From Flavobacteriales bacterium (GTDB lineage: Bacteria; Bacteroidota; Bacteroidia; Flavobacteriales; Flavobacteriaceae), in the NCBI GenBank assembly GCA_038259825.1, contig JBBSOK010000001.1, positions 3,125-67,124 on the forward strand: DNA of 64,000 bases, given 5' to 3'. Below, piece after piece: positions 20,289 to 28,214 of the stretch (position 1 is the first letter of the stretch; each line of letters opens with the position of its first letter). Made by a program: the position numbers and the translations under genes. The notes under the pieces were generated by a model. The model ran no database searches, was not told the origin of the DNA, and saw only the letters and a list, made by a program, of their open reading frames with translations.

Positions 20289-22049
20289 ATGACATATGCC
20301 TTTATAGATGAAATACTTGTTGGTTACAATATCGATTTAGAAATATTACGACCAAACACTACACTCTACCGTGCTTCACTGTTGCAACATAAAGGTACAT
20401 TTCATTGCGGTGATACTTTTTTTGGAAACCAAGCAGACGAAACGGGAAAGTTTGTGTCATTCTTTGAAGCTACTAAGGTTAACCATTCTAACCTTGTTGT
20501 AACGCCCGAATATTCCTGCCCTTGGAATGCAATAATACATTTTCTTGAAAATACAGAAACAGCACCAGATACTGGTAGCCTATGGGTTATTGGTTGTGAG
20601 TCTATATCTGTTGAGAGAATACGAGAAATCCAAGACCAGTATTCAGGTGAAAATAATATTGAGATACTTTTTAATGATGATATTGGCGTAGGTAATGTAG
20701 GTGTCCTTCTTGACCCTTGTTGCTATATGTTTAAAGCCCAGAATCCCTATGGTGTTGAGAAGCTTATAGTATTAGTTCAATTCAAAACGCAACATATGGG
20801 CGTTTGGGAGAGCGATTTAGAGCAACAAAAGCTAATTCCAGGTGAACATATATATATTCTTCGCAACGACCCTGATTCAATCAATTTGCTTACGATTATT
20901 TGTTCAGATGCCTTGGTCTTCAATGGTGCAGCAATTTCTGCCCAGCATCCAGGAAGATGGGAAAATTTACCATACATTGTTCTCAGTATTCAAATGAATC
21001 CCAAACCAGCTCACCAAGGTTTTAGAAATTTTAGAGATGGTATTTTACGATTAAATAACAAAGACATAATATCCTTAAATTGGAGCTCTGAAAGCCAAAC
21101 TTCTTTTTCGGCCACTTTTTTTAATAAGTTTTCAAAATCTAATATAACAATTAGTACAGACCATATTACAAATGAGTCTCGGGATGAACAAAATCTAATT
21201 AAAAGTAATCACGATAAAGGACTTTATTATGCGTTTATTAAACCAAAACGGCATACATTTTACTTTAGTGCAGCTAATGAGTTTGCAGTACTCAGAATGA
21301 GAAAACCCTATGCGGGTGCTATCAATCCTGCTTTAGATAGACGTAGAGGGCCTACTATGGATTCCGTTTATCAATATAATTTAGAGCAAAACAATTTCGT
21401 GGAAATAGAAATTATAGACGATGGTCTTCAAAATTTCTTAATGTCTATTGGTATTAGTAGTAATAGCCTAACTGGTGGAGGATTGGACATACTAGACAAA
21501 GAACGATTGATAAACCTGTCAGTTGGTGAGATTGAAATAAAAAATGGGAATGTACAGTGGCAAATCGTTAACAAGCTAAAAAGTTTTTTAATGGAAGATA
21601 CTGAAATCATCAGAAGATACACAGTTACTTTTGATGAGGACGGCAATGAATTCAGAGCAACTCGACTCACTAAATTTGATGAGTTAAATTTAAACATACT
21701 CAACAGACCTGAGTTATTTCCAGATGTTATTGCCACTTTCAAGGATAATTGTGGTGAGGTAATGTTCCTGAATGATGGAAGCTTCAACTACCAATACAAT
21801 TTGGTAAATAACGATGATGAGTATGCAACCGTGGCTCATATAGGAAATAAGGGTAAGGGCGCTGCACAAGCTTTATTGAAAAAGTTAACCGAGCTTTTCC
21901 CGAGAGAGTATAGACAAAACAATAGGATAGTGGTATGGTATAAGCCTAACGTAAATGATTATGACTGTGTAGCCACACCAGTACCTAAAATTTCTAATAC
22001 AGAACCTAACGACTTTACATCGATTACCAAGACTGATGAATCAAGATAA
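20289..22049 (+). CDS. Uncharacterised protein with an N-terminal nitrilase-superfamily (CN-hydrolase)-like domain and an unknown C-terminal domain
   Basis: A Glu-Lys-Cys signature appears in canonical order and context: LVVTPEY (E74), VQFKTQHMGVWE (K166), LIPGE, then LLTIICSDALVF (C205). The spacings are 92 and 39 aa. Residues from about 300 to 586 have no motif I recognise. Confidence 0.55.
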   Translation: MTYAFIDEILVGYNIDLEILRPNTTLYRASLLQHKGTFHCGDTFFGNQADETGKFVSFFEATKVNHSNLVVTPEYSCPWNAIIHFLENTETAPDTGSLWVIGCESISVERIREIQDQYSGENNIEILFNDDIGVGNVGVLLDPCCYMFKAQNPYGVEKLIVLVQFKTQHMGVWESDLEQQKLIPGEHIYILRNDPDSINLLTIICSDALVFNGAAISAQHPGRWENLPYIVLSIQMNPKPAHQGFRNFRDGILRLNNKDIISLNWSSESQTSFSATFFNKFSKSNITISTDHITNESRDEQNLIKSNHDKGLYYAFIKPKRHTFYFSAANEFAVLRMRKPYAGAINPALDRRRGPTMDSVYQYNLEQNNFVEIEIIDDGLQNFLMSIGISSNSLTGGGLDILDKERLINLSVGEIEIKNGNVQWQIVNKLKSFLMEDTEIIRRYTVTFDEDGNEFRATRLTKFDELNLNILNRPELFPDVIATFKDNCGEVMFLNDGSFNYQYNLVNNDDEYATVAHIGNKGKGAAQALLKKLTELFPREYRQNNRIVVWYKPNVNDYDCVATPVPKISNTEPNDFTSITKTDESR

Positions 22050-25000
22050 TTTAGAACAAATATTGCCTGATGGTTATTTAGTCAAGAACTTTGACAACGT
22101 GGAGCAAATTGCTAAGATTGAGCATAATTTTGGAAGTGCCTTAATATCAAAATATTTTATAGATTTAAAATCTGAATATAAAGATATAAATATTAAAGAG
22201 TACCAAGAAAAGTACATATCCAAAGATTATTTTGACGCTGACGGAAATGTACAATGGAACTATTATATAATTTTTGTTAGAGAAAATTTTGATACAGATA
22301 ACAAGCGAGCAATTGAGAAAGACGAAAGTTATGCAAGAAAATTTGTTTTTACGTCAGAAGAACTCAAAAATTACCTGCGTTACCAGCAATCGGATATTGA
22401 AAAAGATGAGGATGTTGTGTCCAGATGGAAACAACAATTAATGGCTGTTGACCTGCAAGAAGTATTCAGTGATGAGCCATACAATCAGGCTGTACCAAGA
22501 TTTGTCGAAGGAAAATCTAAAAAGCCAGATGAGCTTAACCCAATTGATAATAGACCAAACGACGATGAAGATTTTTTATTACAAAAGGTCAGACATCTTA
22601 AGTTAAATGATTCATATAGAAAATTTCCTGAAAAGCGAGATTTTACATTGGGAAAGGTGAATCTTATAACAGGGCCAAATGGGGTTGGTAAGACCTCATT
22701 AATGGAAGGCCTTGAACTTGTAATTACAGGAAACAATTCAAGAAATAATTCTGCAAATAATCATAATGATTGTATTTTGGCTGAATATGTTTCTGACGGC
22801 AAACCTGTTTCTGATGCCTATACCAATTCACTAGGGAAATATAAGGCAAGAGACTACTTCTGGTACAACAATCCTCTAAGTAGATTCAATGAGGCATATA
22901 GAAGTTTTAATCGATATAATTTCTACAATTCAGATAGCGCATATCAACTATCTAACAATCCAAATAGCGAAGAGCTTACCAAATATCTTTCGGCCATAGC
23001 TCTCGGCACAGAATTCGGTTCAATCCGAAAGAGGCTCATTGGTTTTCAAGAAAGATTAAATAAAGAACAAAACAGAATTTCTGATATTATATCTCGGGAA
23101 GAAGAAACTATAGTCAATTCTGAAGTGCAGATTGAAAAGCTAAAAAAGATTTCGAATCCAGAAGTTTTGTTTAAGCAGTTTATTGAGGATGCAAAGTCAA
23201 TAAATTGGCAAAAGCCACTACCTGAAAACCCAGAAGACAAAACTGAACTTTTTGAAAAGGATTATAAGACATTGCTTTCTTATTTAAACGCAATAGTACA
23301 TTCTAAAGTGGTTAGCCATTCTAATGCATTGGACAGACTTAATATACTTGAGGAACTTAAGAAAGACCTAGACCAAAAAGAAAAAGAAAAAAGCACCTTT
23401 AGAAAAGAACATAAAATATTAGAGTTAAGATTAAAAAAACTTAAATCGAACAAAGAGTTAATTAATTGGGCTCTAAAATATCTCGAAAGTCCAAATAATT
23501 TTAGAATTGAGTCTATTAAAGATGAAATAAATAAACTGGAACAAGATATCACGCGATTCGATTCTTTCGATAGTAATATTAAAAAGCTCAATCTTGCGGA
23601 AATTAGCAAGAGCCAAAAGAACATCATTCAACTGACTCGTGATAATGAACAGACTAGAGAGGAAAAAGAGAATAAAAAAGTAGAACTGCAAAGTCAACTT
23701 AAAACATTAAAGTCAACCGTAGATAAGCTCAAATCGGTTATTGCAGAGATAAGATATTATGGAAAAGAATTTGTAGAGATTAAAGGTGACGAGACAGACG
23801 CATGTCCTCTATGCGAAACGCCACAAACGAAAAGCCAGTTACTTCAAAAAGTTGAAAAAATTTATGATGAAGAAGGTGAGGCAAAAAAAATTGAAGGCTA
23901 TAATAAATCCATTGATAAGTTAGAAAAGGAAATTTTGGGAATAGCGAACGAATTAAAAGTCTTAGGTAGTTACCAGAATAATATTAAAAACATTCTATCT
24001 CAAGAGGATGTAAGTAAAACGCTTAATAACGTAAGCACCATTCTCCAAAAGAAAAGAGAGGAAATTGATACTCAACGCAAACAGTTAGAGGAATTGGAAA
24101 CTCTTGAAATCAATTTAAGGTCTAAAGGTTTCTCAGAAGATGATTTACAAGATTTGCAAAAACGAATGATCACAAATTTTAAAGAACTTCATTTTACTAA
24201 AGATGGCAAAGAGGATTTTGAGACCTTTAATAAAAAACTCATAGTCCAAGTCGATGAAACTCATGAAGCAATAGAGAACAGCAAGAAAAAGATAGATGAA
24301 TTAGATTCTAAAATTAAGGAATTGGTTGATAGTAAATATAAAGTTGATGATTATGATACAAAAATTGCTTTTGATATAAAAGAGCTTCAATCACTTCTTG
24401 AATTATTCGATAAAATCAAAAAGATTGTGTCTTTGCAATCCAAAGACTTTATCGTGGAAATTCGTCATTCTGTTGAAAGAGTGTATGAAAAGTTCAAAAG
24501 TTTTAAATCACTTTTGGTGAAATTCGAAGAGCTTAATCTGGCTAACAGTCTTATTATAAAAGCCGATGAAAAGATAAAGAACCAAACCGAAAAACTCAGT
24601 CGAGTTAAATCTGGACTGAAAGTCATCGATGAGATTCTTACGAAGGATAGCCAAGAAAACATACTCGACCTTTTCTTTAGAAAGAATGAAGAAGAAATCG
24701 GTGAAATATTTACTAGAATTCATTCGCCCAAAGAATTCACGGGTTTGTCTATAGATTCTGGCAAAATAAATCTAGAGAAAGGTCTTTTGGGTACAGCCAC
24801 ACCTATAAACGAAATCAGTACTGGTCAAAGAAGTGCACTCGCTTTATCCATATTTTTAGCTTTAAACAGAAAACTTAAAAAGGGGCCAAATATTATAATT
24901 TTTGATGACCCTGTCACTTATACTGACGATTTAAATATTCTTTCATTTTTGGACTATTTACGAACGCTCATTATCAATGAATCAAGACAGCTCGTTTTTG

Positions 25001-25098
25001 CTACGGCAAGTAAGAAAATCGCTGGACTTTTCGAAAAGAAATTCAATTTTTTAGATGAAGATTTCAAAACTTTTGAGCTTTCAAGGACAGATTTCTAA
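22036..25098 (+). CDS. Rad50/SMC-like ABC ATPase with a coiled coil, a CxxC zinc hook and an extra N-terminal domain
   Basis: Walker A is ITGPNGVGKTSLMEGLELVITG (K219). A K/E-rich coiled coil of about 700 aa carries CPLC at residues 590-593, near its midpoint. The signature-like motif ISTGQRSALALS and Walker B IIIFDDP follow. The start overlaps the upstream gene by 14 nt. Confidence 0.8.
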   Translation: MNQDNLEQILPDGYLVKNFDNVEQIAKIEHNFGSALISKYFIDLKSEYKDINIKEYQEKYISKDYFDADGNVQWNYYIIFVRENFDTDNKRAIEKDESYARKFVFTSEELKNYLRYQQSDIEKDEDVVSRWKQQLMAVDLQEVFSDEPYNQAVPRFVEGKSKKPDELNPIDNRPNDDEDFLLQKVRHLKLNDSYRKFPEKRDFTLGKVNLITGPNGVGKTSLMEGLELVITGNNSRNNSANNHNDCILAEYVSDGKPVSDAYTNSLGKYKARDYFWYNNPLSRFNEAYRSFNRYNFYNSDSAYQLSNNPNSEELTKYLSAIALGTEFGSIRKRLIGFQERLNKEQNRISDIISREEETIVNSEVQIEKLKKISNPEVLFKQFIEDAKSINWQKPLPENPEDKTELFEKDYKTLLSYLNAIVHSKVVSHSNALDRLNILEELKKDLDQKEKEKSTFRKEHKILELRLKKLKSNKELINWALKYLESPNNFRIESIKDEINKLEQDITRFDSFDSNIKKLNLAEISKSQKNIIQLTRDNEQTREEKENKKVELQSQLKTLKSTVDKLKSVIAEIRYYGKEFVEIKGDETDACPLCETPQTKSQLLQKVEKIYDEEGEAKKIEGYNKSIDKLEKEILGIANELKVLGSYQNNIKNILSQEDVSKTLNNVSTILQKKREEIDTQRKQLEELETLEINLRSKGFSEDDLQDLQKRMITNFKELHFTKDGKEDFETFNKKLIVQVDETHEAIENSKKKIDELDSKIKELVDSKYKVDDYDTKIAFDIKELQSLLELFDKIKKIVSLQSKDFIVEIRHSVERVYEKFKSFKSLLVKFEELNLANSLIIKADEKIKNQTEKLSRVKSGLKVIDEILTKDSQENILDLFFRKNEEEIGEIFTRIHSPKEFTGLSIDSGKINLEKGLLGTATPINEISTGQRSALALSIFLALNRKLKKGPNIIIFDDPVTYTDDLNILSFLDYLRTLIINESRQLVFATASKKIAGLFEKKFNFLDEDFKTFELSRTDF

Positions 25099-25761
25099 TC
25101 ACTTCCGTTTATCCCCAACCCTCTTATCAAACGCAATTAAATTAAACAGTTCACGCATTCTGCTACGTACACGGTTTCCGTAGCGTTCTTCCAGTTCTTC
25201 AGCGTTGAGATTAGTGGTGGCGTGGGTTTTAATTTTCTTTTTGGTTTGGAGATATAATTCGTAACGAGACAAGAGTACTTCGCCCATTACGTTCAAATCT
25301 TTGCCATAAAATCTTCCAGCAGGTTCAATGCCTAAATCGTCAAAGCAATAGAATTTGGTATTGCCAAATTCCTCGATCGTCTTAAATCCAAGATGGTTAA
25401 AACTAAACGCTACATTCCGGCAGGGAATCATTTCGTATGGTCGTTGCATTGGCACGATATGTCGCATTAGTTTCATCAAAGTAGTCTTTCCACAGCCAAC
25501 AGGTCCAGAAAGAAGAATGCCCTTGTCGGGGTCGATATCATCTTTCAGACAATTTTCTTTGTCTTTGATGAAATAGTGACATAGCTTACGAATGATAACT
25601 GTGTCGTCATCATAGATTCTAAATTGTTTTCCAAAGAGCAACTTCCCCTTTGCATCCAAATAAATTAGGATTTTGTCAAAATCGTATAGAACGCTTTTGC
25701 CATCAAATTTTCCGAGCGAATATTCCACGCAACCTTCGGTAATTTTAGAGGGGTTGTCCAT
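25099..25761 (-). CDS. DnaC/IstB-like AAA+ ATPase (putative helicase loader of the ICE)
   Basis: Walker A is LLSGPVGCGKTTLMKL, Walker B is CFDDLGIE, with sensor THATTNL and YGNRVRSRMRE. I chose the internal Met (MDNPSK) at 25761. The longer ORF to 25989 overlaps the upstream gene extensively. Confidence 0.65.
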   Translation of the reverse strand: MDNPSKITEGCVEYSLGKFDGKSVLYDFDKILIYLDAKGKLLFGKQFRIYDDDTVIIRKLCHYFIKDKENCLKDDIDPDKGILLSGPVGCGKTTLMKLMRHIVPMQRPYEMIPCRNVAFSFNHLGFKTIEEFGNTKFYCFDDLGIEPAGRFYGKDLNVMGEVLLSRYELYLQTKKKIKTHATTNLNAEELEERYGNRVRSRMRELFNLIAFDKRVGDKRK

Positions 25762-26497
25762 AGTCTTTGTTTTTAGTGGTTCGCAAGTTGTCCTTGATTT
25801 GGGACGGTTGTTTTTTGTTTGGTTTGTTTTCCTCGGAATATAATTCTGTTCTGTCCATCCAGTTCGTTGCCAAGGCACGCCAATCTCTAATTTCATTTCC
25901 ATCGCTTGTTTGCCAGTTCCGAGTTTCATAATGCTCGAAGAATTTTTTTCCTTCATCAGCATTAAAACCTTTTTCAATAAAAAAATCAATAACGGCCTGC
26001 CAGCCTTTTGGTTGTTTTATATTGTTTACTTGTTTGGTATTGTTTATAGTAGATACCAATGCTTGTCCACTGATGGGATGGTGCGAGTCCAAAGCTTGTC
26101 CATTTTTGGGATGGTGTTGGTACACTACTGGTTCACGTATGGGATGGTACTGTTCCGCAAGCTGTTCTAATATGGGATTGTACCGTCCCGTAACTGGTTC
26201 ATCACTTGTCCCAATAATGGTCATCTTAATTTTACTGCCTTTATATGGATTGTTGGATGGGAAATAGGATAGGTAAAGCCAAGAATCTAAATCCCTAACA
26301 CATCTGTGGTACGTGGATTTTGAGCCAATTTTAGAACAGCGCATTAAATCCCTTCGATTTACGTAAAATTCGTCTGCAAAGCGACTACTGTTCCATTCTT
26401 GAAATAGCGCCATATACAAACTGATATGTGTAGGATTAAGGCGATCATCAAAGTAGAATTTTTCAAAAGCCGCATTAAGTAGCTTTATATAGTTCAT
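25745..26497 (-). CDS. Winged-helix-like DNA-binding protein, possible replication organiser partner of the ATPase
   Basis: The N-terminal half (YFDDRLNPTHISLYMALF...STYHRCVRDL) looks winged-helix-like. The central part has four 11-aa repeats and the C-terminal segment is W-rich. It overlaps the downstream ATPase gene by 17 nt. Confidence 0.35.
   Translation of the reverse strand: MNYIKLLNAAFEKFYFDDRLNPTHISLYMALFQEWNSSRFADEFYVNRRDLMRCSKIGSKSTYHRCVRDLDSWLYLSYFPSNNPYKGSKIKMTIIGTSDEPVTGRYNPILEQLAEQYHPIREPVVYQHHPKNGQALDSHHPISGQALVSTINNTKQVNNIKQPKGWQAVIDFFIEKGFNADEGKKFFEHYETRNWQTSDGNEIRDWRALATNWMDRTELYSEENKPNKKQPSQIKDNLRTTKNKDYGQPL
26061..26192. repeat. Four tandem 33-bp repeats with a GGGATGGT core inside the winged-helix gene
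   Basis: Core copies lie at 26075-26082, 26108-26115, 26141-26148 and, as GGGATTGT, 26174-26181. The period is exactly 33 bp. The first two units also share GCTTGTCCA. Confidence 0.8.
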
Positions 26498-26500
26498 CTT

Positions 26501-26785
26501 TTAAGAATTTAGACCGTGCTGCACACGGTTGGCATCCATCACTTTTTGAATTTCCTCAGTATCGTAGTAGATGATGCCACCAACTTTGTTATAGGGCAAA
26601 GTACCATTGATACGAAGGTTCTGAAGTGTGCCTGGACTCACTTGAAGTAAATCCATAACCTCGGAAGATTTAAGGTATTTTTTGAGCTTTCCCTTGGATT
26701 GATTGGTAAGCAGTTTCTTGATGTCATCGAGTAATTCCATTTTGAAATCTCGAAGATCGTCTGTAGTAATTATTGATGTTGGCAT
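26501..26785 (-). CDS. Excisionase-family helix-turn-helix DNA-binding protein
   Basis: It is 94 aa. The peptide LKSSEVMDLLQVSPGTLQNLRINGTLPYNKVGGIIYY is a typical MerR-superfamily Xis/AlpA-type HTH. Confidence 0.7.
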   Translation of the reverse strand: MPTSIITTDDLRDFKMELLDDIKKLLTNQSKGKLKKYLKSSEVMDLLQVSPGTLQNLRINGTLPYNKVGGIIYYDTEEIQKVMDANRVQHGLNS

Positions 26786-26908
26786 AATAGAACGGTTTTA
26801 AAGAAAAGGACTATCAACGATTTTAAATTTTTAATTGATAGCCCTTAACCTGATTTGACTTTCGTTCTACAAATTTGGTTAGGTTTATTGGATTTTATTC
26901 CCCAGTAC

Positions 26909-26923
26909 GACCGTACTACGGTC
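26909..26923. promoter_or_regulatory. 15-bp palindrome GACCGTA-C-TACGGTC (putative operator)
   Basis: It is a perfect 7-1-7 inverted repeat in the intergenic region upstream of the xis-like gene. A near-identical copy lies 138 bp away. Confidence 0.4.
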
Positions 26924-27046
26924 AAAATTTAACATTTTGAAATTTGGGAAGTTTTGGTACATTTTGAGCTAGTTTTTGTAAAATTATAACCTCAAAACAT
27001 ATTAAATTTTATGGAAAATAGATGCAGAATTCAGTTACCTCAGTTC

Positions 27047-27061
27047 AACCGTAGTACGGTC
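27047..27061. promoter_or_regulatory. 15-bp palindrome AACCGTA-G-TACGGTC (putative operator, second copy)
   Basis: This inverted repeat has the same half-sites as 26909-26923. The 1-nt spacer is too short for an RNA hairpin loop. Confidence 0.4.
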
Positions 27062-27107
27062 TTTTTTTAAGAGATCTAAAAAAGAAGTGTTGGTTGAAAC
27101 TAACGAT

Positions 27108-27944
27108 TTACTCTTCGCTTTTATCCATTTCTATAAGTAAGGATGTGGAAAGTTGGTCCAGAAAAAGGGTTCTGCTATTCTTCCTTTTTTTGATTTCTTG
27201 AAAGGTTTTATAGATGTCTTTTGGTGTAAAGTCAAATATCTGTTGCAGTTTTTTAGAAACTTGCATTATGCTTTGGCTATCCTGCTTTCCTAAACCTTTT
27301 GCACAGAGCGCATAAAGTAGTTCCACGTAATCTGTATTAGAAAATGGCCAATGTATTTTTTCTATGGGTTTAATGCTTCTCGATTTACCATTTATACCTT
27401 TTCGAATTTGGAATTTTTTCTCATTTAAATAAACTATTAACGAATCATAAGCCTTGTATTTGCCAAGAAGCATATCCCGAGGTGTGCAAAATTCAGGGTC
27501 TTGGAAATAGAATTTTGAGGTTGTAATGTGAAATGTATCAAGGTAATCCCGTGTGTAGTATTCTTTGTCAAAATGGGTAGCCCCAGAATTGATATATCGT
27601 CCAAAATCTATATTGATAAGAAAAAACCTATTTATCTTTTTGACTTTCTTTCTAATGAATTTTAATTGGTCATCCTTATTTCCTTTTGGAAACTGAACTT
27701 CAAAAGAATGGATTTCTGAAAAGTAAATTAAGTTTATAAGCGGAATTTGTTTGATTTCCTTAAAGAATTTTATTTCTTCCTTAATAGTTTGGAATTCTTT
27801 ATAGAGTATTTCTTTTTTATAGGTTGTCAATAAATTACGACAAGACCTAATAGAACGGTTAGCCCTTTCTAAAATATTATCATATTGATTTTTTATATCA
27901 TCAAGGTCCTGAAGCAATATTTTCGATAGTATTTGAGAATTCAT
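27108..27944 (-). CDS. rteC: RteC-family regulatory protein
   Basis: The C-terminal region (IHWPFSNTDYVELLYALCAKGL...IYKTFQEIKKRKNSRTLFLDQL) matches the conserved RteC pattern of Bacteroidota conjugative transposons. Confidence 0.7.
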   Translation of the reverse strand: MNSQILSKILLQDLDDIKNQYDNILERANRSIRSCRNLLTTYKKEILYKEFQTIKEEIKFFKEIKQIPLINLIYFSEIHSFEVQFPKGNKDDQLKFIRKKVKKINRFFLINIDFGRYINSGATHFDKEYYTRDYLDTFHITTSKFYFQDPEFCTPRDMLLGKYKAYDSLIVYLNEKKFQIRKGINGKSRSIKPIEKIHWPFSNTDYVELLYALCAKGLGKQDSQSIMQVSKKLQQIFDFTPKDIYKTFQEIKKRKNSRTLFLDQLSTSLLIEMDKSEE

Positions 27945-28214
27945 AAGTAGGTAGATTTAATTTTGAGACCATAGTTATTTGATTTAATTGATTAGGTTGA
28001 TTTAATTTTTTATTAAAATGAAAACTTTAAAAATAGCCCCCGTAATTCATTAATTTTGTGGCTAATTAATAGATTTTGTGGAACTTGTGGAAGATAACCT
28101 TAAACAAGAATTATTTAAGAAAAAATTTCCGTATTTAATTACGGATTTCACCGTATTTTTCTACGGACTTTTTATCAGATACAGCAAGCACAGCTATTTC
28201 AGATTGATTTCGAA

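Noticed and set aside
20289-22049. Calling the 586-aa protein a known Lamassu LmuA effector.
   Set aside because: I do not recognise any established LmuA N-terminal effector or LmuA C-terminal motif by eye. Only the general architecture (effector plus SMC-like ATPase) is similar, so the assignment awaits HMM searches.
25762-25989. N-terminal extension of the DnaC-like ATPase ORF (ORF track 25099..25989).
   Set aside because: The extension overlaps the upstream winged-helix gene by about 245 nt in another frame and is low-complexity. The internal Met at 25761 (MDNPSK) gives a normal 17-nt coupled overlap.
27047-27068. The palindrome followed by a T-run, read as a rho-independent terminator.
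   Set aside because: The spacer between the arms is 1 nt, too short for a hairpin loop. No plus-strand gene reads into it, and on the minus strand the T-run would precede the stem.
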